From Octopus vulgaris (lineage: Eukaryota): a stretch of 64,000 nt of DNA. The position numbers and the translations under genes are program-made. Shown here piece by piece: positions 54,001 through 64,000 of this stretch (position 1 is the first letter of the stretch; each line of letters opens with the position of its first letter). Where the stretch lies: NCBI GenBank assembly GCA_951406725.2, contig OX597831.1, positions 51,522,001 to 51,586,000 on the forward strand, given 5' to 3'. The notes under the pieces were generated by a model that made no database searches, was not told where the DNA came from, and was given only the letters and a program-made list of their open reading frames with translations.

Positions 54001-57000
54001 ATCATAAGTGCAATAGCTTAACTACTAGGCCTTACACCTTCACTAATTTGAGTAGTAAACTCTTTTACATATATGCATTTCTCTTTCAGATTTATGAAAA
54101 ACATGCAGGTAGCTCATGAATTAAAGATTCCTGGAAAGGTACCCATACTGAAGAAAGGTCCTCTGCAGAATATCAACATAGAAGTTCAGAAAAGAGCCAG
54201 CAACAAACGGGTAAGTTTTCAGAATATTTGGCTCTCCAAACTTGTTATTGTTTTCACATAGCAATGTTCCAGTTATGTGACAGTATTCAGCCTTACTTCT
54301 TTGTTAACTCAGCTGGCCGCAAGCCTACATAATAAGACCCGGAAACTAGTGATGGTCTGCATTGGTTACAAAAAAAAAATGCAAAATGGTGCATGGTGTT
54401 CCATGAGAAGGGAATTTTAATCTTTCTAACCTTAGTCTTTCTTGGCCCACTGTTACAGCAAAGCCTTCCTGTAAATATAATCTTAGCCTTGCTTGGCCCA
54501 CTTTTCTGACGTAGCTTACCTGTAATATACCTTGAATCATTCTTTCAACTACTTTCCTGTTATATATATTTCTTTATTACCCACAAGGGGCTAAACAAGG
54601 ACAGACAAAGGGATTAAATCGATTACATCGCCCCCAGTGCGTTACTGGTACTTAATTTATCGACCCCGAAAGGATGAAAGGCAAAGTTGACCTCAGCAGA
54701 ATTTGAACTCACAATGTAACGGCAGATGAAATACAGCTAAGCATTTCGCCCGGCATGCTAACGTTTCTGCCAGCTAGGCTTAGCCTTGCTGGGATCACTG
54801 TTATATCAGCTTTTCTGTAGTATAACATTATCCTCGCTTGGATCACTGCTATGACATAACTTTCCTGTTAGATAACCATAACCTTTTGTGGATCAGATAT
54901 AGCATTTTTGTAAAATCTTCGCTGTGCTTTGCCCACAACTGTGACATAACTTTCCTGAAATATCATGTTATTACTTACACAGAACCTTATTAACAAATAT
55001 TTGCAACTTAGAAATTCTTAACTCCCAGATTTTCTGTTATTGTGTAAACACGAGACAAATCTCATCCCTCCTATAAAGGAACGTATTTCCTGACACCTGT
55101 TTACCTAATAAACTGAATCCTGTAATATATCTTACCTTGTAGATATGAAGATATATACATTCAGATTGGCTCATGACTGATAATTCAATATTTATTTACC
55201 CTATTTCTTAATTAATTGGAAAGTATCATCATCATCATTTAGCATCCATTTTCCATGCTGGTAATGGGTTAGATGGTTTGACTGGAGAGCTGCCCCAGGC
55301 TCCAGTCTGTTCTGGCTTGATTTCTACAACTGGATGTCCTTCCTAACGCCAATCATTCCACAGAGTGTAGTGGGTGCCTTTTACGGGTCACAACTATGAT
55401 TTCACTTAGCTTGTTGTGTCTTTTAAAGCACAACAAATTGCCAAAGGTCTCAGTCTCTTGTCGTCACCTACATGAAACTCAACATCCAAAGATTACACTT
55501 CATCACCTTGTCCCATGTCTTCCTCTGCTGTAGTTAAGAAATCGGCACTTCTTTACGCAGCCGTCCTCATCCATATGTAGCATGACTTTCTTAACATGTT
55601 GGCTCCCAAGCTTCATTTATCAATTATCCCCAGGGTCCCTTTACAATATCTTAATAAATTTTTATGTCAGCATAATGATAAGTCTTTACTCTATCATACG
55701 TGAGGCAAGGATCATGTATGTAGTGTTTTTTTTTACCTATGATCCACTTGGTAGATCATATGGTACCAAAGTTCATAATATGATATAAACCTTCAATTGG
55801 GTCGGATAGCTAAATTCAAATTCTTGAGTATTTACTACTGGTGTAGGACGTTAAATGATGATGATGGTAAATAAAATGTTTTTTGTTACTTTGTTTTTCA
55901 AATTATATTTTCTGATTATTCATCTTTTATTTTACTTCCATTTCATGATGAAACTCAGTATGGAAGGCGGCGAGCTGGCAGAAACGTTAGCACGCCGGGC
56001 GAAATGCTTAGCGGTATTTTGTCTGCCATTATGTTCTGAGTTCAAATTCTGCCGAGGTCAACTTTGCTTTTCATCCTTTTGGGGTCGAAGTACCAGTTAT
56101 GCACTGGGGGTCGATGTAATCGATTTAATCCCTTTGTCTGTCCTTGTTTGTCCCCTTTGTGTTTAGCCCCTTGTGGGCAATAAAGAAATAAGAAACTCAG
56201 TATGGTTGAGAAGTTTGCTTCACAATCATGTGATCTTGGGTTCAGCCCTACTGTGCTCCAGCTTGGGTAAGTGTCTTCGACTATGGGTCTTGGGCTGACC
56301 AAATTCTTGTGAATGGATTTGATAGATGGAAACTGAAAGAAGCTTACTGTTTACACTCATACACACACACAAATGCAAACAACAGTTGTCAAGTGGATAG
56401 TTGAAGGGGACATGAGAAAGAAAAGGCAGGCTGGTGAAACAGGGTTTGATAATAATGTGAAAATAAAAGAAAAATAATAAAATACAGACAAAAAAAGTTG
56501 ATCTAGTGTACCATAATTATACATATTAGTGACTTGTATTTCGTTATGTAGCTATAATATTCTACAAATTATATTAAATATTTTTGTAAGTCAACACTTT
56601 CAAAAATCAAAATCAAATCCGATGACTGGCGTCCATACGAGTGTGACCATTGACAGAGCGGCTAACCGGCTTCCAGGCCAGTGGCACTTAAAAGGCACCA
56701 TTCGAGCGTGATCGTTACCAGCGTCGCACTACTGGCACTCGAGCCCCATGCTAGTAGGGTATTAAGAGCACCATCCAAGCGTGATCGTTGCCAGAGCGGC
56801 TATCCGGCCTCTGTGCTGGTGGCACATAAAAAACACCATTCGAGCGTGATCGTTACCATCATCGCTTTAGTGGCATGTGTAAAAGATTCGAGCAAGGTCG
56901 TTGCCAGTGCCACCTGACTGGCCCCGTAAAAGCACCCACTACACTCTTGGAGTGGTTAGCATTAGGAAGGGCATCCAGCTGTAGAAACTCTGCCACATCA

Positions 57001-58733
57001 AGATTGAAGCCTGGTGCAGCCATCTGGTTTGCCAGCCCTCAGTCACACATCCAACCCATGCTAGCATGGAAAGCGGACATTAAACGATGATGATGATGAA
57101 CACTGTGTTCTATTGTGTTAGCAGTGCTATTACATCACTTGTCTAGGTTATCACTGCAGATTGTCTATAGAAATCATAGCCAGCATTGATTTTGTTATGA
57201 CATTTTGTATTTGAGATGCTTGATGTAAACAATGAGATCGTAAATGAATTATGGGTTGGATGGATGCTGATGAAAGCAAAAACTCCTGGAATATGGCATG
57301 TACACCCATTTTTCATTTTTTATCTTGTTTACATCAGGCGTCTCGGATATGGAAAGTCATTACTGAAATCAGTGCTGACTATAATTTCTATTGAATAATC
57401 TATAGAGATGGTAAGCATGTTAGCTTCCAAAAGGCTTATAGAAAAGAAATGTGATGGCTCATGCAAGTCTTGAAAATATACTACCACAACTCTCCAATAA
57501 TTTGTGAGGTAGCTGTGTTAATGATTGAATGCCCAAGTCAAATCCTCTTCTCATTATCTTTCATTTAACCCTTTAGCATTCACATTGTCAAAAGTAATGC
57601 TTATTTATTTGCACAGTTTTGAATTTACCATGCATTATCTTGTTTCGTTTAAGATTTTGATGAGGTAACTTAAATTTTAGAATGATATTGGGATCTTTAA
57701 CCTTTTGACCGACAGATTTAAAAAATAATTTTTTGTAACTTTCAAACTTCAGACACTGGTAGAATGTGTCATATAAATCATCTTTTATTTTTAGTGTTTT
57801 TGAGAAAAGCTTATATTTACGAAGTTATTTCACGTTGAAGTTGTATTTCGGTAATTTCAACCAATCAATGACATGTATTCAGTTGAATAAAATTACAGCC
57901 GTTGGTGGTGTATATTTCGTTTGTCACTGTTATCTATATCGTTCATGTATTTGTACTGGTTTTAGCTTTAAGGGGTTAGGGTTGTCATAAATAACAGTGA
58001 CAAACGAAATATACACCGCTGGAAGTTCTTGTTGACAAACAACAGCAGTAATTTTACTCAGCTGAATATACGTCGTTGATTGGTTGAAATTAACCGAAAT
58101 ACGACAGCTTTAACGTGAAATAATTTTGTAAATATAGGCTTTTCTCAAAAACACTAACAGTAAAAAATGTTTTATATGACATTCTACCAGTGTCCGAAGT
58201 GTGAAAGCGTTTAGTTACAAAATATTATTTTTTAAATCTGTTGGTCAAAAGGTAAAGATCCTGATATTGTTGGGTTGGTGTGAGAGGCCACATCTAGCCA
58301 GTTTGAAGATAAAACAGAATATTTTGGCTGGATATGGCTGATTTTTAAATACTAAATGGTTAATTTGTTACTGGTTTGTCACTCTTTTGTTGTTTCTGAA
58401 CTTTCAGGTTACTATTGTACGAAATTTAGAATCATTAGGAATTTGTCCTGAAGAATTTGCACACCATGTCAGTGTTGGTGTTGCCTGCAGCACAAGTGTA
58501 TTCCAGGAAACGGGCAAACATGTTTTGATACAAGGCAATCAAGTAAATTTTGTTGAAAAAGCACTGATTAGTAAGTTGCATCTAAATTTTTTCTATGTAT
58601 CATTCTCGATTTTTATATTCACAGTTATAATTAATATTTTTCTTGCATCACAGATAAATATAAAGTTCCACGAAGAATGGTTACTGGATTAGAGTATGCA
58701 CCCAAGACAAAAAAGTCTAAAGGTAAAAGATAA
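26725..58733 (+). CDS. EIF2D: Eukaryotic translation initiation factor 2D (ligatin), complete 16-exon gene, 575 aa
   Basis: Exons join in frame at GT-AG sites to 1728 nt. N-terminus MFKKSFRVKTQSSLKGSDRKKLRADL; PUA motif IAGGADLMLPGV; acidic linker; KKSSYKKLSKFLQEM; SWIB-like ITDYVKKNEL...LDPVL; SUI1 C-terminus KRASNKRVTIVRNLE...LIQGNQV. Confidence 0.95.
29360..29685 (-). mobile_element. SINE family A (diverged)
   Basis: Body and head recognisable; eIF2D intron 1. Confidence 0.8.
30318..30782 (+). pseudogene. maT/DD37D-like transposase 3' remnant
   Basis: WQQDSA...KWLSEN...MDYYV...LEAMVEADGGYFE; same family as 13605 and 31720. Confidence 0.72.
31355..31545 (+). CDS. EIF2D: eIF2D exon 2
   Basis: ttttag| KKLRADLVKAFPSL...FELHKTFYPT |gtgag. 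Confidence 0.95.
31720..32060 (+). pseudogene. maT/DD37D-like transposase remnant
   Basis: QQDS...LSENFYDFISPNF*PPNSLDCSPIDYFV. Confidence 0.72.
32137..32357. mobile_element. TTAA-flanked piggyBac-like MITE (related copies near 33814, 37420, 47405, 57566, 60418)
   Basis: Family termini TTAA-CCCTTTAGCATT...AATGCTAAAGGG-TTAA (degenerate here) with shared interiors. Confidence 0.7.
32626..33033 (+). mobile_element. SINE family A, full length, ~40 bp upstream of exon 3
   Basis: Near-consensus; aaacata on both flanks. Confidence 0.92.
33076..33159 (+). CDS. EIF2D: eIF2D exon 3
   Basis: tacag| VYLLWKHPKLLEPFTTWPTVFTKIAGGA |gtaaa. Confidence 0.95.
33814..34041. mobile_element. piggyBac-like MITE
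   Basis: ttaaccctttagcatt...aatgctaaaatgttaa. Confidence 0.75.
35364..35466 (+). CDS. EIF2D: eIF2D exon 4 (PUA domain)
   Basis: tttaag| DLMLPGVIMKGDVFPW...VNVQGN |gtaagt. Confidence 0.95.
35489..35795 (+). mobile_element. tRNA-headed SINE, family C (diverged)
   Basis: Homologous to the reverse complement of 51846-52223. Confidence 0.75.
36660..36767 (+). CDS. EIF2D: eIF2D exon 5 (PUA domain)
   Basis: ctgcag| SPLAIGKMLMS...MKGKGMTIIHYYGDELW |gtaag. Confidence 0.95.
37275..37315 (+). CDS. EIF2D: eIF2D exon 6 (41 nt)
   Basis: ttcag| AAGSKSEPPLIPS |gtaagt; bridges phase 2 to phase 1, as needed to join exons 5 and 7. Confidence 0.85.
37796..38098 (+). mobile_element. Non-autonomous Helitron
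   Basis: A|TC...CCTGAGCAACGCCAGG hairpin...CTAG|T. Confidence 0.87.
38499..39275 (-). pseudogene. Tc1 (DD34E) transposase pseudogene, 3' part with terminal repeat
   Basis: PTVKHGGG..MIWG, IFQDDN.PIHTAK, WPP/QSPDISIIEHLW with a frameshift; TA + CAGGGGTTGAACAAAATAAT terminus. Confidence 0.9.
40177..40425 (-). mobile_element. RTE-type LINE 3' end / associated SINE with (GAT)n tail (related copies near 42170, 43936, 46271, 50060, 50360, 55225, 56600)
   Basis: Recurrent GGTTGGCGTTAGGAAGGGCATCCAGC...GGAAAACGGACGTTAAACGATGATGAT. Confidence 0.8.
41725..41919 (+). CDS. EIF2D: eIF2D exon 7 (acidic linker)
   Basis: ttgtag| DTVSDNSEAASY...DDEDDEPVNTQ |gtatt; 195 nt, phase 1-1. Confidence 0.88.
43002..43290 (+). 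mobile_element. 5'-truncated CR1/L2-group LINE 3' end
   Basis: RLRGHSEKL...RRGAFSVQVADPWNKLPDEIV, the characteristic CR1 ORF2 C-terminus; short tandem tail; sits inside an old SINE head. Confidence 0.85.
43657..43774 (+). CDS. EIF2D: eIF2D exon 8
   Basis: ttatag| EEMDSLLRHCFLCALKSKVKEKELPI...HMKAFC |gttagt. Confidence 0.93.
43936..44243 (+). mobile_element. RTE-tailed element with internal GGTGGCACGTAAAA tandem units
   Basis: Three units followed by the RTE-type tail and (GAT)n. Confidence 0.8.
45142..45187 (+). CDS. EIF2D: eIF2D exon 9
   Basis: ttgtag| PEGKTLEVKKSSYKK |gtaaa. Confidence 0.94.
46770..47105 (+). mobile_element. tRNA-headed SINE (related copies near 34460 and 53850)
   Basis: A/B-box head followed by ttgtgttcttgagcaag domain. 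Confidence 0.7.
47929..48032 (+). CDS. EIF2D: eIF2D exon 10
   Basis: tctcag| LSKFLQEMQ...SKGVDEIIWLNKDHTE |gtaag. Confidence 0.94.
48555..48689 (+). CDS. EIF2D: eIF2D exon 11
   Basis: ttgtag| LRDLIVPDI...AVLPVLKEYGY |gtaagt. Confidence 0.92.
49472..49561 (+). CDS. EIF2D: eIF2D exon 12 (SWIB-like)
   Basis: tgccag| KGSTMLPADVRAVITDYVKKNELKFDRSQ |gtaag. Confidence 0.93.
50696..50788 (+). CDS. EIF2D: eIF2D exon 13
   Basis: ttgcag| MVQLDPVLAGIV...LGWKDLISR |gtaag. Confidence 0.93.
50871..51080. mobile_element. Tigger/Tc2-like MITE
   Basis: cagtaaattcct...agggattactg-TA inverted termini. Confidence 0.6.
51846..52223 (-). mobile_element. tRNA-headed SINE family C, young full-length copy
   Basis: Head GGAGGCGCAATGGCCCAGTGGTTAGG...GTTTCGATTCC; 13-bp TSD atacagtagtaat at 51833-51845 and 52224-52236. 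Confidence 0.92.
52706..53257 (+). mobile_element. Retrozyme / Penelope pseudo-LTR-like partial tandem element (370-bp period)
   Basis: 52706-52887 is repeated at 53076-53257 (6 mismatches counted); hammerhead core at the junction; followed by (TA)n. Confidence 0.8.
53041..53088 (+). ncRNA. Minimal type I hammerhead ribozyme, U3-A8 variant
   Basis: CTGCA TTGATAA AGGG caacaa CCCT GAA ACATGT C TGCAG. Confidence 0.75.
54090..54210 (+). CDS. EIF2D: eIF2D exon 14
   Basis: tttcag| FMKNMQVAHELKIPG...VQKRASNKR |gtaagt. Confidence 0.95.
54430..54965. repeat. Degenerate ~50-bp minisatellite interrupted by a family B SINE (54569-54776)
   Basis: Recurrent cttagccttgcttgg(cc/at)cactg...ctttcctgt units on both sides of the SINE. 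Confidence 0.65.
55964..56191 (+). mobile_element. SINE family B, full length
   Basis: 14-bp TSD gaaactcagtatgg at 55950-55963 and 56192-56205. Confidence 0.92.
56600..57098 (+). mobile_element. RTE-tailed element with internal tandem units
   Basis: Repeated gcaccattcgagcgtgatcgtt units, then the RTE-type tail and (GAT)n. Confidence 0.8.
57691..58261. mobile_element. Long-arm MITE with 8-bp TSD nested inside a piggyBac-like MITE
   Basis: GGATCTTTA...TAAAGATCC termini, arms over 200 bp; TGATATTG at 57683-57690 and 58262-58269. Confidence 0.88.
58408..58570 (+). CDS. EIF2D: eIF2D exon 15 (SUI1 domain)
   Basis: tttcag| VTIVRNLESLGI...VLIQGNQVNFVEKALI |gtaagt. Confidence 0.95.
58654..58733 (+). 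CDS. EIF2D: eIF2D last coding exon 16
   Basis: tcacag| KYKVPRRMVTGLEYAPKTKKSKGKR then TAA at 58731-58733. Confidence 0.93.
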
Positions 58734-58912
58734 TCAAAAAGGATTCCGAACAAAGATTATCTTCCGAAACTGCTTACTCCAAAGAAGTCTGTGCAATCAC
58801 ACATACCAACTATAAACTGATTGAAATTCTTCCACTTGAATGTTTGAGAGAGGAAATAAGGTTGAACATGCATGTCCTGTATTGACTGTAACTTGTATGT
58901 ATTGGCCAGAAA

Positions 58913-58918
58913 AATAAA
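58913..58918 (+). terminator. Probable poly(A) signal of eIF2D
   Basis: AATAAA about 180 nt after the stop codon, followed by T/GT-rich sequence. Confidence 0.6.
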
Positions 58919-59514
58919 GAATAGATTTATCAATTTTTATTATGGTAATTTAGTGTTTTGAAAAGTTTGCTTTCCCTTCTTCACATTTATGTGAAATGAA
59001 AATATTGATTGAAGGTGTTCTAATATATTTTTTAGCTTTCCATCTACATTTATGTTGAAATTGGTTTTGTTTATTAAATAGGAAAACGTGTGTGGCAAGA
59101 AGCTTGCTTCCCAACCATATGGTAGTCGAAAACTGAAAGACGCTTGTTGTATGTATGTGTGTTTGTCCCCTCATCACAGTTCGACAACTGGTGTTGGTGT
59201 GTTTACATCTTAACTTAGCAGTTTGGCAAAAGTGACCAATAGAGTAAGTACTAAGCTTTAGTTCTAAGGTCAATTTATTAAAAAAAAAAAAAACCTTTGA
59301 AGGCAGTGCTCCAGCATGGCCAGTCAAATGACAAACAAGTAAAAGAATATACACACAGAGGTTGGTGTGTCTATGACAATGCTACCTGTTTCAGTCATTG
59401 GACTAGATTACCCTCGAAAGGATTTAGTTGAACAAATTGACCCCAGTACTTATTGGTCTCTCTTTGCTAAAGGTGCCATGCAGTGGGATTGAACCTATAT
59501 GGAAGCAAGCTTTT

Positions 59515-59726
59515 TTCTTTATTGCCCACAAGGGGCTGAACATGGAGGGGACAAACAAAGGGATTAAGTTGATTACACCGATTCCAGTACGTAACTGGTA
59601 CTTAATTTATTGACCCCGAAAGGCAAAGTCGACCTCGGTGGAATTTGAACTCAGAACGTAATGGCAGACGGAATACTGCTAAGCATTTTGCCTGGTGTAC
59701 TAATGCTTCTGCCAGCTCACCACCTT
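59515..59726 (-). mobile_element. SINE family B
   Basis: Matches the copy at 17572. Confidence 0.82.
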
Positions 59727-62700
59727 CTTACCATACAGCCAAACCTACCTCTATATGTTAATCTATTTTTAGTTTCTACTCTTGCATAACTCCATTTGAT
59801 AGTGTTTGCTTTTAGAGTATACACAAGTTGTGGTGGTAAAAATATAAGATAAAGCAGATAAATAATAATTATTATTATTATTATTCAGGTCACTGCTTGG
59901 AATCTTGGGGTTAATAGTGGTTAAGAGCGCGTGCTATTAACCCCAAGTTTAATTCCAAGCAGTGACCTGAATAGTAAGCAGATAAATATTCATATAACAG
60001 CAGTAACTATTGTTGTTGAACTCCAGTTTTAAGTGGGAGAATATGGGCTCTAAGCTAGTCTCTCTTGGCAGTTGATTAGAATTACTCTACAGTTCTTGAC
60101 TTGTATTTACCATTCATGTATCTGTTGTCAAATAATGTGGACTTAGGATTTGAACTCAAAACATAAGCAGGGGATTAGATTCCAATTTGTTCCAGTCCCT
60201 AATTTCTTTTACCACCAATTTTTACCTCTGCCTTAGCAAAGGCATTGTTTTCAGTTGTTTGTTTGTCCATGGACAAGATATCTCAAGAACCACTGGATGA
60301 ATTTGGATGAAACTTTCAGGGATGTTTGGCCTTGTGACTGGCACCAACCAACCAAGTTTGTGAGAGCAGTCGAGTTTATTTCAGATATTCTCATTTTAAT
60401 TTGACTAACAGTACTTTTGATCCTTTAGCATTTAATCCAGCCCCAATATTCTACCTGTCTTACATTAAAACTGACCCAATCCAATGTCTAAAAAAAAAAA
60501 AAAAAAAAAAAACTACAATGTCATTCTAAAAAATATACAAAAACACCATTGAAATCTTGAAGCTACAATTTGTGACTAATTCAAAACAATGTGAAGAAAT
60601 AAGCATTACATTTGACAAAGAAATCTGAATACTATTTTGGAATATCTTGTTCAATAATATCACTGCCAGCAAATGCATTAGTTTATAATGTTACGAGGGT
60701 GGGGGGTGTCTAAACTTGACACAATTGTTTTATCTCAGCATTCTTGAGATATGTTAGTTGCATTTGTTAACAACCTGAACTGAATTATTGTGCTTGGTTT
60801 ATGTAGTCATAACTGCTTTTGTGAAGATAGTTCAGTGAATGAAAGAAATGCTTTTTCAAAAGGATACAATTGTGACCAGTTACAAGAAGAAGAAAAAAAG
60901 GGGGTGGGGAGGGGTCTTGGCACATGATCATGCCTCTCATTTGGTATTGACAGCAACACAAGTGGTTTCGACTGCTAAAGGACAATGATAAAAATATAAC
61001 AATGATCAAGTATGACTTTCATAACAAGGCAATTTTAAAATTTTACTCTTCACACTTGCACAGAAACGTTTTAAGCATTTGTAGAAATGGTCAAGATTGG
61101 CACATTTTATAGTTTGATTTGTTAACCATGCGACTAGAGCTAGAATGGGACCCATTGTCACATAAAATTTAGTGGTAAAGGTAAGATTTATTACATTAAA
61201 TGATAGCCATCATATTTCCTTTTATAATATAAAATTGTTTCTCAATTTTCTCATCAATTGAATGGGTAAAATAATAGAACTAACAGTTTCTCATACAAGA
61301 AAATGCAACTGAAAGAAACAAATGTACTCAAGATAACCTTGCTCTGCTCAAATGTTTTGTTTATCAGACAAAATGAATGGTTCAAATTTTGTCAGTACAT
61401 TCTTTCACACCCCCACAAAAAGAAAATTCATCTTGAAAATTGGTCCCTACATAAAACAGGTCAAGCAACTAAATTCAGATCTTTTACTGCCACTGCTCTG
61501 TGTAGAACGAAATCTTAAAACTATTTTGTTTCCCACTTGAACAAGTTAAGCTTAATGTTTCTCTTGCTAAAGCTCAATATTAAATGTGAATGGCAAATTA
61601 ACTATGAAAAAGAAAAAAAAAACACATATAAATCTGAAGGAATTTTATTAATTTTAAATACAAATAGTTTTGAATTCACTATATGGCCAAGCTAAATATC
61701 ATTGCATACAATAAAAATAATCCTAAACTGTCAAAAATATTTTACCTATGGAACCAGAGCAGCAGTGTAGATGCCAATAGTGGGGAAAACCTGGATTTTA
61801 TTTCGATTTCTACCTATCTTTAATTCTAAAGACTCAATTTTGTTTATACTTTTCACTGTATCATAGTTTTTATATGGATATATTGCATTTGAAAACAAGT
61901 TTGTTGCAGTCTTCATAAACACATTGACTTCTAAAAAGAAGTGTTTTGCATCAAACGAAATCATCTGCTTTTAATGACCCAATCCACATAAGACATAGAA
62001 ATATATCAGCAAATGCATACATTGAGCTCATATCTTTTCAAGATAATAAAGCAATAAGAATCATTGCAGTTTATATCCCAACAATCCTAAGGACTACACG
62101 ATATTTGAAAATCGGAAAGAGGTTTTAAATGATGGGGGTGATGGTCAATATTCAAACAGTAAGATTTGCATATTGATGTTTTCTTATAGTTGGAAAAAGT
62201 TTCTTCACACACCACAATGAAGAAACAATCCTTCAAGGCTTCACTTTACAGAAAGAACAATGGTAATTTAAGCAATACAAGTCAAGGCACTTGCAATTTG
62301 AGTGAAAATTATAGACACTATTAACTGCAACACTAAACTTAACTAAAAACATGAAAACAAATTGTTACTTAAATTTCTACAGACCCCCATCCCTTTTTTT
62401 CTTTTGTAGAACAAAATGAGTATCTACAAGTTCAGCTATAAGCAGTAAGGAAATTTGTAAGCTATAACAAGAATATCCCTAAAGCTTTAAAAAAAATCTA
62501 TGATTAAATTTTAAAATGAGGTAGTTCAAATGTTTCCTGCCAGGACTTAAATATTTGATGCTGACACCTATTTGACCTATTCAAGATAAACTTTGAAGTG
62601 GAACCAAATTATACAAAAATTAGTAAACCATCTACAATATTAAGACTACGCTCAGAAGATTAGTAAAGTATAACCAAATAATATATAAAGGAAAAAAAAT

Positions 62701-63255
62701 GACATATGGAAATAAACGGAAACATGCCATTTAGAATTTATTTCAAACTCCATACAATGTTTACACTAGGAGGACAAATTAGTTTCATTTACTATATACA
62801 TAGAATTTTGGAATCAAATATTTCAATGAATTAGTATGAAATGTGTTACAGAAGAGCCTCCTCATTATAGATGATTTATTACCTTGTGGTTCCCTACATT
62901 TTCTAAAATGAAGGTTTAAAAAAAAAAAAAAAATATTAGTAAACAAATCACTGCCAACATGTCAGTTGAAAATGTCATTCATTAGATGCACAATCAAACA
63001 CTGCAATCAGCTTGAGTTTCATCGGATGCTTCAAAGATATTGCTTTTCAATCAAAAGTATCTCACATCCAAATGCTTGATAAAGTAAAGAATATGGCTAT
63101 GACAAGTCTGAAAAATACCTTGTGAGCAAGCAGGGAAATAAGGTAAAATCCTACAGATTAATAGCAACATAGCGGTAAGAACATAGAAAAATAATAGGTT
63201 ATACATATGTTCAGCACCAAACTCAGCAGTTGCATTTGTATGCAGGAGAATATCT

Positions 63256-63473
63256 TAACCCTTTTGTGACCATATTCCTAGTATATCTTACACTATATAG
63301 GTTTCAATTCATTTTGAAAATCAAATTTGTGGAGGGATTTAGTAAAATAATTTTTTCATTAAAGTTGCATTTTAGAAGACAATTTACTAATTAATTTTTA
63401 AATATAAATACAAACAGGTTTAGTAGCAGAGACCCATAGGTGGTCCCAGGCAGGTTGGTATCAAAAGGGTTAA
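63256..63473. mobile_element. TTAA-flanked piggyBac-like MITE, second family
   Basis: ttaacccttttgtgacca...tggtatcaaaagggttaa. Confidence 0.72.
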
Positions 63474-64000
63474 AAGATAGCGATAATATTAAGAGGGGAG
63501 AATAAAAAGTTTGATCTAATTTTATTCCATAATTATTACATCTATTAAATAGAAAGACATTTGTATGAAGAGCCATGTTATATGTCTGGATATTATTCAA
63601 AAGCCAGTCATAATCAAACAACAAAAAAGTATACAGACAAAACCAATAGATAATCAAAAAGAAAGTCAGTATTGTTTGGTTGTCTTGGTCTGCACGATAT
63701 TATATGTATCTAGCAATAAAGAAGTAGATTAGACCATAATTGCAAAGTTACTCCATTTTACACTCTTCAGAATACCAAGAGCTTTATAGAATTCATGAAC
63801 AAGAAATTCTAGTTTAGGATTAAATTAATGGAGATCAAGGTAACATAAGTATGTTAGAGAGGGAAGAAAAATTCATGGAAGTTTTGTAGATGATATATGG
63901 AATCTTCTATATATGGTTAGAACCAAAAAATAATAAATAAAAGGAAGCATGAATAAAATAAGCAGAAAGATCTATCAAGCTGAAAGAGCGACAATGAATG

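Noticed and set aside
56680-56900. Regularly spaced repeats resembling a CRISPR array (also 43936-44075)
   Set aside because: Eukaryotic context, spacers similar to each other, no cas genes; these are internal tandem units of a retroposon.

Overview
AT-rich, microsatellite- and repeat-dense animal genomic DNA. The SINE families suggest an octopus or other coleoid cephalopod (inference). There is one complete host gene on the + strand, eukaryotic translation initiation factor 2D (eIF2D/ligatin). I assembled it by hand from 16 GT-AG exons (26725-58733; 1728 nt CDS, 575 aa), and every junction keeps the reading frame. The rest is transposon material: tRNA-headed SINEs, RTE-type 3' ends, non-autonomous Helitrons, mariner/Tc1/maT/pogo relics, MITEs, and Penelope, CR1 and CRE-like fragments. 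The most interesting unexplained signal is a set of short elements, mostly next to (TA)n runs, that carry minimal hammerhead-ribozyme cores. Three forms of the catalytic 3-8 pair occur: C3-G8, G3-C8 and U3-A8. The U3-A8 core lies in a 370-bp-period partial tandem repeat that starts at the predicted cleavage site, in sense orientation within eIF2D intron 13, which resembles a retrozyme or Penelope pseudo-LTR. Several near-perfect fold-back repeats are also present. Repeat boundaries are approximate unless a target-site duplication (TSD) is quoted.
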